Positions 1 through 7,935 of a stretch of 13,785 nt of DNA are shown one piece after another. The notes under the pieces are model-generated. The model did not search any database. It saw only the letters and a list, made by a program, of their open reading frames with translations, and was not told the DNA's origin. Each line of letters begins with the position of its first letter. Within the stretch, counting starts at the first letter, position 1. A program made the translations under genes and the position numbers. This DNA comes from Candidatus Aenigmatarchaeota archaeon (GTDB taxonomy: Archaea; Aenigmatarchaeota; Aenigmatarchaeia; CG10238-14; SCSR01), in assembly GCA_038998625.1 (NCBI GenBank), contig JAWADS010000010.1, positions 2,799-16,583 of the forward strand, in the 5' to 3' direction.

Positions 1-269
1 AAAACTTATTAATACAAAAAGAAAGCCTGAAATTGCAAAATATTGAAATAGAAAAAGCTTTAGAAGAATTAAACGCCACCAAGCAAAAAAATGCTTATAA
101 AATTACAGGCGCTATTATGATATCTAAACCTGTAGAAGAAATTAAAAAAGAATTGAATGAAAATAAAGAAGCTATCGAAATAAAACTCAAAAGTTTGGAA
201 AAAACAGAAGAAAAAATAGCAATAAAGATAAAAGAGTTAGAAGATAAGCTAAAACAAATATTGAAGTGA
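1..269 (+). CDS. pfdB: Prefoldin beta subunit (5' partial)
   Basis: Frame is open from position 3 (NLLIQKESLKLQNIEIEKALEEL), so the TTG at 33 is internal. Coiled coil-AYKITGAIMI hairpin-coiled coil layout is typical of prefoldin beta. Confidence 0.88.
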   Translation, partial: NLLIQKESLKLQNIEIEKALEELNATKQKNAYKITGAIMISKPVEEIKKELNENKEAIEIKLKSLEKTEEKIAIKIKELEDKLKQILK

Positions 270-273
270 TTTC

Positions 274-537
274 ATGGTGGAGTTGAAACAAGCTTTAGTA
301 ATTTTGGAAACAATTATCAATGATAGAACTGTTCCAAAAAATATTAGGGGAGCTGTAGAAAATTCTAAAAAAGCTTTAAATGATGATAGCCAACCAGAAG
401 AACTAAGAATAAGTACTGCCCTACATATTTTAGATGAAATTATTAATGATCCTAATATGCCAGTCTATACCCGAACTCAAATTTGGAATGTTGTAAGTAT
501 TTTAGAGCAATTGAGAAAAGAATTGAAGTCATTATAA
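274..537 (+). CDS. UPF0147 family archaeal protein
   Basis: Motifs IINDRTVPKNIR and DPNMPVYTRTQIWNVVSILE. AAGTGA SD-like motif ahead of the ATG. Confidence 0.9.
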   Translation: MVELKQALVILETIINDRTVPKNIRGAVENSKKALNDDSQPEELRISTALHILDEIINDPNMPVYTRTQIWNVVSILEQLRKELKSL

Positions 538-578
538 GTATTTAAATTTAAAAGAAAAAATATTTTATATTGAAAATT

Positions 579-926
579 ATGCCATTAAAAAAAGTTCTTG
601 AAGAAATTAAATCAAAAAAAGCAGAGGAATCTGGAGAAGAATATGTGGAGATTCCTGAGTCTATTCTAAGCGGAGAGCAAAAACTAAATGTAAGAATAGA
701 AAACCTGAGGGATTTCCTGGATACAGATAGAATACAACAACTCTTAAGGGAAGGAAATATTATTTTCCTTAAAATTAAAGACTTAAGAAATCGAGATATT
801 ACTGAATTAAAAAGGTCTGTAGATAAGTTAAGAAAAACGTGCCTTGCCTCTGGTGGGGATATAGTTGGTGTGGAGGAAGATTTTCTGATTTTAACTCCTA
901 ACTTTGCTAAAATTTATAGAGGTTGA
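579..926 (+). CDS. sepF: SepF-like cell division protein (archaeal)
   Basis: EEYVEI N-terminal motif, then LLREGNIIFLKI and GGDIVGVEEDFLILTP SepF core. ATG at 579 preferred over TTG at 570; TTTAAA at 547-552 lies about 26 nt upstream. Confidence 0.82.
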   Translation: MPLKKVLEEIKSKKAEESGEEYVEIPESILSGEQKLNVRIENLRDFLDTDRIQQLLREGNIIFLKIKDLRNRDITELKRSVDKLRKTCLASGGDIVGVEEDFLILTPNFAKIYRG

Positions 927-935
927 TTATAAAGA

Positions 936-2429
936 CTATTTAAACAACTCTATTTCCTGATTAAGAAATTGTTTAATAGTCTTAAACAGATTCTTGATTT
1001 CAATTCTTATTTGTTTCATTGTGTCTACATCGCGCAATGTTACCGTATTATCCTTCAATGTTTGATAATCACAAGTAACTGCTAATGGAATTCCGATTTC
1101 ATCGGCACGCCTGTATCTCCTTCCTATGCTATCTTCTTCATCATAAAAAGTTTCAAAATCTTTCCTTAATTCAACTTCTATATTTTTTGCTATCTTAGGT
1201 AAATCGTCCCTTTTTACTAAAGGAAATATAGCTACTTGTATGGGCACCAATTTTTTTGGAAAAACAAACCAAGTTCTATCTGAAGACTCTTTAAAAGAAT
1301 GTAATAAAATATGAAGAATTATTCTATCTAAACCAAAACTTGGCTCATATATATGTGGTAATACATGCTTTCCATCCTCAAAAACAGTAAGCTTAGTTTT
1401 AGAATATTCTTGATGCCTTGATAAATCATAATCTGAGCGCCATGAATTGTTAACTACTTCTTGCCACCCAAATTCTTCTGTATATATCTCAAAATCCCAA
1501 TGGACTCTTGAATAATGAGCTTTCTCTTCTTTACTTAATTCTTTGAACCGTAAAAACTTTCTATTAAATATTAACGCTTCTTCAAAAAATCTAAAAACCT
1601 TGACTAAATAATAAGCTATTAATTTATTCGGTATCCAACCCTTCTTCAAGGCTTCATCTATTGTAACTTCCACTTCCTTCTCTTTACCTTTTTCTCGCAA
1701 TTCTAAAGGAAGAATTCTTATTTTAAAATTTTTAATTTCATTGTAATTCTCAATTTCAGTTTTCTCTGGATTGAAGAAAACCTGAAGCTCTGCCATGGAG
1801 AATTCTCTCATTCGAAGAAAAATGTTTCTAGGGGAAATTTCATTACGAAAAGATTTCCCTACTTGGGCAATCTTCAATGGTAATTTCCCCCTCTGGCTTC
1901 TGTATACTTGAAGAAAATCTAAGACTGAAGATTGTGTAGTTTCAGGTTTCAAAAAAGCTTTTATCTCACCTGATGGGCCAATATTTAAGTTAAACATTAG
2001 ATTGAAAATTTTAACATCAGAAAGTTTTCCACCACAACTCGGGCATTTTATCTTATTTTCATGAATAATTTTTGTCAATTCTTCAACACTTTTACCTTCC
2101 AACTTTTCTTTCTTTCCCAACTTATCTTCAATTAAATGATCTGCCCTATATCTTATATGGCATTTTAAGCATTCCACTTGCTTATCATTAAATCCTTCAG
2201 TATGACCTGAAGCTATCCAAACTATTTCTGGCAGAATGTCTGTAGTTTCTATTTCATATGCATTCTCTTGTTTTACAAACCATTCTCGCCATAAGTTTAC
2301 TAGCTTATTTTTCATAACTACTCCTAAAGGCCCATAATTCCAAAATCCAGCTACACCGCCATAAATTTCTGCAGCAGGCCAAAAAAATCCTCTGTTTTTT
2401 GCGATTTTTAAAATTTTTTCAAGCCTCAT
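936..2429 (-). CDS. glyS: Glycine--tRNA ligase (alpha2, archaeal/eukaryotic type)
   Basis: RGFFWPAAEIYGG, YGPLG, LKPETTQ, motif 2 GKSFRNEISPR...R.REF, motif 3 EPSFGLDRI, anticodon domain SIGRRYRRADEIG. Confidence 0.96.
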   Translation of the reverse strand: MRLEKILKIAKNRGFFWPAAEIYGGVAGFWNYGPLGVVMKNKLVNLWREWFVKQENAYEIETTDILPEIVWIASGHTEGFNDKQVECLKCHIRYRADHLIEDKLGKKEKLEGKSVEELTKIIHENKIKCPSCGGKLSDVKIFNLMFNLNIGPSGEIKAFLKPETTQSSVLDFLQVYRSQRGKLPLKIAQVGKSFRNEISPRNIFLRMREFSMAELQVFFNPEKTEIENYNEIKNFKIRILPLELREKGKEKEVEVTIDEALKKGWIPNKLIAYYLVKVFRFFEEALIFNRKFLRFKELSKEEKAHYSRVHWDFEIYTEEFGWQEVVNNSWRSDYDLSRHQEYSKTKLTVFEDGKHVLPHIYEPSFGLDRIILHILLHSFKESSDRTWFVFPKKLVPIQVAIFPLVKRDDLPKIAKNIEVELRKDFETFYDEEDSIGRRYRRADEIGIPLAVTCDYQTLKDNTVTLRDVDTMKQIRIEIKNLFKTIKQFLNQEIELFK

Positions 2430-2471
2430 CTTTCCTCTCCTTAAATGTAAATTAATCTTCTTAAAAAGAAT

Positions 2472-3500
2472 TTATCTCTTTAACCATCCTCCAAGACTTG
2501 TTTGTCTTCCTTTAGTAAAGGCTCCTTGCAACTTTTGTATCACTTTACTCACTCTTTCTTGTGAAAAATCGTGCTCTTCTACCATAAACTCCAATATTTT
2601 CTCAGGATCTGGCTCTTTCCATTCCAATTTATATTTATTTGACACAGGTGGGTCTTTGAAAAAATTAAAAATTTCTTCTGCTTCTACATCAAACTTCCAC
2701 TCGATTTTTTCTAAAGTTTTTTTTAATGTCTTAGTTTCTTTTACAAGTTGTAAAGCTCGTTTTGGCCCAAAACCCTCGACTCCATTAGGATTGTAATCTG
2801 TTCCCACAAGGATTCCAATAATAATTAATTGGTCATGATTTATGCCCAAAGTTTTCAAAATATTTTCTAATTTTATTACTTCAGGTTTTATTTCAATGTA
2901 AACTTCTTTTTTAGGTAATTTTCTTTTACCTGTAATAGAGATATTTCTTAACAACCTAGGGGAGCCGAATAATAGAGAATCATAATCTTGACTAGCAGAA
3001 AAATCTACCTTATTTTCTTTAGCCATATAAGCACATTGAGCTTCGCCTTCACTTGGAGCTTGCACGCAAGGTATACCCATATAATTTAAAATTTTTTTTG
3101 CATCTTCTATCATTTCATCTGTAAGCTTGGCTGCCGCTTGCGCATAGGTTATAGCCTCTTCTCCTTTTTCCAATGCCTCCTCCCATTTCTTTTTTGCTTC
3201 CCTTTTTATTTCTTCCCTCATTTCTATAGTCTTTTTCTTGAATTCTGGAGGCTCTCCATCAAAAACAAAAACTGGTTTAATTCCAAATTCTATTAAATTA
3301 GAAGTTCTGTAAAACAAACCAGAGATGTGGGATGTAATTCTGCCTTTACTATCTCTTAAAGGTTCTCCTGTAATGCGATCCCTAATTATACTCAAATATT
3401 GATAAAGATTGTTATAGGCATCAATGGCAATTTTTTTACCCGATAACTGTTCTAACTCAATTTCTTCAGAAGGAATTATATTACCTAGCTGTACACCCAT
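2472..3500 (-). CDS. fen: Flap endonuclease 1
   Basis: MGVQLG start, IAIDAYN.LYQYL, FVFDG, APSEGEAQ, SQDYDSLLFG, GTDYN, C-terminal PIP box QTSLGGWL. Confidence 0.97.
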   Translation of the reverse strand: MGVQLGNIIPSEEIELEQLSGKKIAIDAYNNLYQYLSIIRDRITGEPLRDSKGRITSHISGLFYRTSNLIEFGIKPVFVFDGEPPEFKKKTIEMREEIKREAKKKWEEALEKGEEAITYAQAAAKLTDEMIEDAKKILNYMGIPCVQAPSEGEAQCAYMAKENKVDFSASQDYDSLLFGSPRLLRNISITGKRKLPKKEVYIEIKPEVIKLENILKTLGINHDQLIIIGILVGTDYNPNGVEGFGPKRALQLVKETKTLKKTLEKIEWKFDVEAEEIFNFFKDPPVSNKYKLEWKEPDPEKILEFMVEEHDFSQERVSKVIQKLQGAFTKGRQTSLGGWLKR

Positions 3501-3543
3501 AATAATAAGAAAAAGTTATTATAACTTATTCTTTCTTTTGCTT

Positions 3544-3786
3544 TTATCTTTTCTTCCTTCTTCGCTCTTCCTTCCTTAGCTCTCTTTCTATTTTCAATTC
3601 ATCATATTCTAACCAAACTATGAAAAGCCCTATTAGGAAAACTAAAGGAGGTAATGCACCATTCAATACTGTAACAAAATCACTTACCCCACTTCTACCC
3701 AAATATTGGGCTGAGCCTTGAAGTACCCACCAAGCACTTCCTATTAATAGAAGGATTCCAATCAAAATCTTTCCAACAGGATGCAT
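3544..3786 (-). CDS. Small hypothetical membrane protein (2 predicted TM helices, basic tail)
   Basis: Two hydrophobic stretches and the tail ERELRKEERRRKKR. ATG at 3786 follows AAGTGA at the usual spacing for this window. Confidence 0.75.
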   Translation of the reverse strand: MHPVGKILIGILLLIGSAWWVLQGSAQYLGRSGVSDFVTVLNGALPPLVFLIGLFIVWLEYDELKIERELRKEERRRKKR

Positions 3787-3816
3787 CAAATCACTTTTAT
3801 TACATTTAGAAAGTTG

Positions 3817-3829
3817 AGTATTTAAATTT
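3817..3829 (+). promoter_or_regulatory. Putative TATA box for rpl15e, possibly shared with the divergent membrane-protein gene
   Basis: AGTATTTAAATTT, with TTTAAA ending 25 nt before ATG 3852. The same 13-mer occurs at 537-549 upstream of sepF. Confidence 0.5.
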
Positions 3830-3851
3830 TATCTACACTTAAATTATAGGT

Positions 3852-4292
3852 ATGGTAGCTAGCGCTTATAAAAGAATTTCTCAACTTTGGAAAAAATCAA
3901 AAGAAGAATTAGAAAGTATTATGAAGGAAAGATTAATAGAATGGAGGAAACAAAATGTTGTAGAAAGAATAGACAGACCCACTCGTTTAGATAGAGCCAG
4001 AGCTTTGGGTTATAAAGCAAAAACTGGTTATATTTTAGCAAGGGTTAGAGTTAGAAAAGGTGGTAGGAGAAGAAAATTATATGGAAGAAGAGGTAGAAAA
4101 CCAAGTAAGGCTGGTTTAGTAAAATTTACTCCTAAAAAATCTTTGAAAACTATTGCTGAAGAGAAAGCTAAAAGAAAATTCCCAAATCTTAAAGTTTTGA
4201 ATTCGTACTATGTGGCTGAAGATGGGCAATATAAATGGTTTGAAGTTATTCTTATTGATCCCCATCACCCAAATTTCAAAAATGAAAATTAA
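3852..4292 (+). CDS. rpl15e: 50S ribosomal protein L15e (short form)
   Basis: [52 protein letters not shown]. Confidence 0.96.
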   Translation: MVASAYKRISQLWKKSKEELESIMKERLIEWRKQNVVERIDRPTRLDRARALGYKAKTGYILARVRVRKGGRRRKLYGRRGRKPSKAGLVKFTPKKSLKTIAEEKAKRKFPNLKVLNSYYVAEDGQYKWFEVILIDPHHPNFKNEN

Positions 4293-4364
4293 ATCTATAC
4301 TTTTTAAACTAGATATTAAATTATAGAAAAATATTTAAAGCGCCTCGCGATACAATTTCTTGCT

Positions 4365-4496
4365 ATGGAGAATAAACTTCTTGTACAAAAATTAACAGAA
4401 ATTGCAACTAAAGCTAAAATTTTGAATTCACCAGTTTATCATGATCTCCAGCGTCTCTTAAAACTATTAAGTAAATCCATAAAAATCAATAAATAA
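4365..4496 (+). CDS. Putative 43-aa small protein (MENKLLVQKLTEIATKAKILNSPVYHDLQRLLKLLSKSIKINK)
   Basis: Hand-translated ORF filling the rpl15e-rnp3 gap. BRE/TATA-like GAAAAATATTTAAAG lies about 25 nt upstream. No homology recognised. Confidence 0.5.
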   Translation: MENKLLVQKLTEIATKAKILNSPVYHDLQRLLKLLSKSIKINK

Positions 4497-4530
4497 AAAG
4501 TAAATAAATTCTCTTAGCCTATTTTTACTT

Positions 4531-5256
4531 ATGAAAGCTTTTGATCTACATATTCATTCTGTTTTTAGTGAAGGGACTAGCTCCCTTGAGGATTTGGCAA
4601 CCACAGCAAAATCTTTAGGTTATAGCGGAATTTGTTTTTCCACTTATTTTCAAAACTTTGATAAAATTAAAAAAATTTATGAAGAGATTGAAAAAGTTAA
4701 AGAAAAAGTTAAAATAGAAATTTTTTTGGGAATTGAAGCAAGAAATGTGAAAGAGCTCTCTTTTCTAGCAGATAAAAGAAAAAAATTTGATATTTTATTA
4801 GTTAGTGGCGGGGATTTAAAATTAAACAGACTAGCATGCGAAACCCCAGAGGTGGATATATTAACCCATCCTGAATTAAATCGAAATGATTCTGGTTTAA
4901 ATCACATTTTAGTTAAGATGGCAGCTAAAAACAACGTTGCTATAGAAATAAATTTTAGAGAAGTTTTAATCACTAGCAAAAAAACAAGGGCGAAAATTAT
5001 ATCCAACATGGTACAAAATGTAAAACTTGCAAAAAAATATAATGCACCTTTAATAATTTGCTCTGGCTCAATATCGCATTGGGAATTAAGGGATCCAATA
5101 ACTTTATCTTCTTTTGGTACTTTATTAGGCCTGGATTTTAATGAAGCGAGAAAGTGTATCGGTGAAATACCAAAAAATATTGTTGAGGAAATTAAAAAAA
5201 GAAGAAGTGAAAGATGGATTATGCCAGGAGTTGGAATTATAAAAAAAGTTGAATGA
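4531..5256 (+). CDS. rnp3: RNase P protein component 3 (Rpp30)
   Basis: PHP-like DLHIH start, GGDLKLNRLACE..VDILTHP, VAIEINF, ELRDP; position in the superoperon. Confidence 0.93.
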   Translation: MKAFDLHIHSVFSEGTSSLEDLATTAKSLGYSGICFSTYFQNFDKIKKIYEEIEKVKEKVKIEIFLGIEARNVKELSFLADKRKKFDILLVSGGDLKLNRLACETPEVDILTHPELNRNDSGLNHILVKMAAKNNVAIEINFREVLITSKKTRAKIISNMVQNVKLAKKYNAPLIICSGSISHWELRDPITLSSFGTLLGLDFNEARKCIGEIPKNIVEEIKKRRSERWIMPGVGIIKKVE

Positions 5257-5285
5257 GAAGTGGCTTTATAAATAAAGTGAAAAAT

Positions 5286-5639
5286 ATGCAACAAACAAAA
5301 AAATTAAGAGTTTTGCCGCCAACATTACGCGAAAGAGAAAGATATATAAAATTCCAAATAATTTCGGAAGAAAAAATAGAATATACTGATTTGGAGGAAG
5401 CTATATGGAACATTTTTCTGGATTTTTTTGGAGAAAATGAAGTAGGAAGATTTAATTTAAAAATAGTAAAAAATTTATGGAACGATAATAGCCAGATAGG
5501 CGTAATGAAATGTAATCATATTTCTTTACCAAAGGTTTTAGCAGGTTTAGGGTTAATTTCAAGACTTGGTGATAATAGAATAATTTTCAAAATCTTGAAA
5601 ATTTCGGGCACTATAAAAGGATTAAAAATAAATGAATAA
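5286..5639 (+). CDS. rnp2: RNase P protein component 2 (Pop5)
   Basis: LPPTLRERERYIKF and ISGTIKGL motifs. ATG at 5286 follows an AAGTGA SD and is preferred over 5253. Confidence 0.92.
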   Translation: MQQTKKLRVLPPTLRERERYIKFQIISEEKIEYTDLEEAIWNIFLDFFGENEVGRFNLKIVKNLWNDNSQIGVMKCNHISLPKVLAGLGLISRLGDNRIIFKILKISGTIKGLKINE

Positions 5640-5741
5640 TTTTTACATTTATGAAAAGCTTGAATAACTTGCTGTACAATGAAATTTTTAATAGTTAAAT
5701 ATATAAAAAATATTTTTAAAATATTATAGGGGTGGTTAACA

Positions 5742-6478
5742 ATTCCAGAAATTTTGCCAGAATACATGGGCTACGACAGAACAAATTGATAGAGTTTTAA
5801 GCTCTATCAAGTTAATTTGCTGTCTTTAGCCCAGATGGAAGATTGTTCCAAGTTGAATATGCAAAAGAGGCTGTAAAGCGAGGAACGACAGCTTTAGGAA
5901 TAGTTTTTAAAGATGGTGTAGTTTTTGGTACTATTAAGCCTAGCATGGCATTAATGGTTTCCTCCTCCAGCGAAAAAATTTTTCAAATAGATGATCATAT
6001 AGGAGCAGTAGCTGCTGGTTTGTTGGCTGACGCTAGAGTTTTAATAAATCAAGCTAGAGTAAGATCTCAAATTCACAGATTAACTTATGAAGAGGCCATA
6101 GATGTTTGGTCTTTGGCTAGGATAATTGGTGATAGAATGCAAATTTCTACGCTTTATGCTGGGCTTAGGCCTTTTGGTGTAACTTTCTTAATTGGGGGGG
6201 TAGATAAAACCGGTACGCATTTAATTGAGTCCGATCCTTCAGGTATGCTTTATGAATGGTATGCATATGCTATTGGCAGGGGTGCTACGCTTGCAAATAA
6301 AATATTAAAACAAAAATGGAAAGCCAATATGAGTGAAGAAGAAGCTATAGCTTTAGCTATAGATATAATTAATAAGACTGAAAAGGAAACAAAGGCAAAT
6401 ATTGATATTGCAGTTATAGGAAAAGATAAAAAATTTAGAAAGTTAAGTGAAGAAGAGATAAAGAAAATATTAAAATAA
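5742..6478 (+). CDS. psmA: Proteasome alpha subunit, split: exon 1 5742 (or 5766)-5784, exon 2 5817-6478
   Basis: Exon 1 encodes (I/M)PEILPEYMGYDRT. Exon 2, in a different frame, encodes AVFSPDGRLFQVEYAKEAVKRG, EKIFQIDDH, RPFGV and DPSG. Joining gives about 234 aa with the full alpha-subunit signature. Confidence 0.93.
5785..5816 (+). other. Candidate 32-nt bulge-helix-bulge (BHB/BHL)-type mRNA intron in psmA
   Basis: Perfect 9-bp stem TTGATAGAG (5786-5794)/CTCTATCAA (5802-5810). Central helix GAAC/GTTA has 3 of 4 pairs. Bulges AAA (5783-5785) and ATT (5815-5817). Cutting after the second base of each bulge yields an ATT (Ile) codon and restores the frame. Confidence 0.82.
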
Positions 6479-6515
6479 TTTTATAGGGTAATATTTATTC
6501 ACCAAGGGTGTTTTG

Positions 6516-7226
6516 ATTCCGGTTAGTTTAGAAAAAGCTGTAGTTTGTAAATTAACAGTTTCTGGTCAGAAGTTTGAGATACTTGTAGATCCTTACAAAG
6601 CATTAGAGTTAAAGAAGAATAGTAATATAAAAATAGAAGATGTTTTAGCTTACCCAGCTATTTATAAAGATGCAAGACAGGGAGAAGCTGTTTCAAGTCA
6701 AGATTTACAAAAAGCTTTCGGAACTACAGATATAAACAAAATTGCAATTAGGATAATAAAAGATGGAGAACTACAAATTACCACAGAATTAAGAAGGCAA
6801 ATGATCGACCAGAAAAAAAATCAAATTGCCAATATAATTTCAAAAAGAGGTATTAATCCACAAACAAATACTCCTCATCCACCCCAAAGAATTTTAAATG
6901 CTATGGAACAGGCTGGCATTCAAATTGATCCTTTTCAGGATGCTGAACACCAAATAGATAAAGTATTAAAAGCAATAAAACCTCTATTACCCATAAAATT
7001 CCAAAAATTAATTTTACAGATAAAAGTACCGGCGCAATATGCTGGCAAATCTTATTCGATAATAAAGTCTTTTGGTAACATACAACAAGAAAATTGGTTG
7101 GGGGATGGATCATTGCAAGCAAATGTAGAAATATTGTCTGGTCTGCAAGATGATTTTTTTGAAAAAATCTCTAGCTTAACACATGGTCAGTTCGAATCAA
7201 AAATTTTGAAAAGGGAAGATGTATAA
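6516..7226 (+). CDS. sdo1: Ribosome maturation factor SBDS/Sdo1
   Basis: VSLEKAVV, KFEILVDP, INPQTNTPHPPQRI, ENWLGDGSL. Start is TTG 6513 or, by SD spacing, ATT 6516. Confidence 0.95.
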   Translation: MPVSLEKAVVCKLTVSGQKFEILVDPYKALELKKNSNIKIEDVLAYPAIYKDARQGEAVSSQDLQKAFGTTDINKIAIRIIKDGELQITTELRRQMIDQKKNQIANIISKRGINPQTNTPHPPQRILNAMEQAGIQIDPFQDAEHQIDKVLKAIKPLLPIKFQKLILQIKVPAQYAGKSYSIIKSFGNIQQENWLGDGSLQANVEILSGLQDDFFEKISSLTHGQFESKILKREDV

Positions 7227-7885
7227 TGGCAGAGAGGCCAATAATTTTACCTGGAGAATTAATTGACTTTAAAAGAGGTAGAAAATTAGGAAGAAATGTT
7301 TACAGCGAAGAAGAAAAAGTTTTTTCTCGAATCCTTGGAATCCCAAAAGTTACAGAAAACGAAATTGACGTAATACCATTAGCAGGAAAATATATGCCCA
7401 GTGTAGGAGATAGAGTTATAGGGATTGTTGCAGAAGTAGAAGTTTCGGGTTGGTTTGTTGATATAAATTCCCCTTATTTAGCCTTTATGCCTTTAGCTGA
7501 TGCTGTTGAGGAATTTGTAGATATTCTGCGGGAAGATTTGAGTAGGTATTATGATATCAATGATATAATTTTTTGTCGAATTTCTAAAGTAACTAAAAAT
7601 AAAGTTGTCCAGGTAAGCATGAAGGACGCTTTATCAAGAAAACTATATGGCGGAACAATAGTTAAGGTTACGCCTAGTAAAGTGGCGAGAATAATAGGTA
7701 AAGGCGGTAGTATGATTAATTTAATAAAAAGCAGAACAAGATGTGATATCCAAATAGGGCAGAATGGTGTGATTTGGGTAAAAGGTGAAAATAAAGCAAA
7801 GGCTATAGAGGCAATTTTAACTATAGAAAAAGAATCTCACCTTTTTGGACTGACAGAAAAAATAGAAAGATTATTAAGCGGTTAG
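7226..7885 (+). CDS. rrp4: Exosome RNA-binding cap protein Rrp4
   Basis: ILPGE, YMPSVGDRVIG and WFVDINSPY (S1 domain); RIIGKGGSMI and GQNGVIW (KH domain). TAATG coupling to sdo1. Confidence 0.95.
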   Translation: MAERPIILPGELIDFKRGRKLGRNVYSEEEKVFSRILGIPKVTENEIDVIPLAGKYMPSVGDRVIGIVAEVEVSGWFVDINSPYLAFMPLADAVEEFVDILREDLSRYYDINDIIFCRISKVTKNKVVQVSMKDALSRKLYGGTIVKVTPSKVARIIGKGGSMINLIKSRTRCDIQIGQNGVIWVKGENKAKAIEAILTIEKESHLFGLTEKIERLLSG

Positions 7886-7935
7886 GAGGTTTATGAAAAA
7901 TTTTATTTAAAAAAATTAATAGGAAAGGATGAAAC

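Noticed and set aside
5698..5726. AT-only palindromes upstream of psmA (AAAAATATTTTT)
   Set aside because: Low complexity and expected by chance; probably just promoter sequence.
4902..5767. Minus-strand ORFs 4902-5294 and 5516-5767
   Set aside because: Antisense shadows of rnp3 and rnp2 with no recognisable motifs.
5784..5817. psmA insert as a MITE with an AATT target-site duplication, or as a programmed frameshift
   Set aside because: Removing the 30 nt between the AATT copies does not restore the frame. Stops in both exon frames and about 10 extra codons in an invariant motif argue against simple frameshifting.
5843..6478. ORF-track call of psmA starting at TTG 5843
   Set aside because: This TTG is the Leu of the conserved DGRLFQ motif; the true N-terminus is encoded upstream in another frame.
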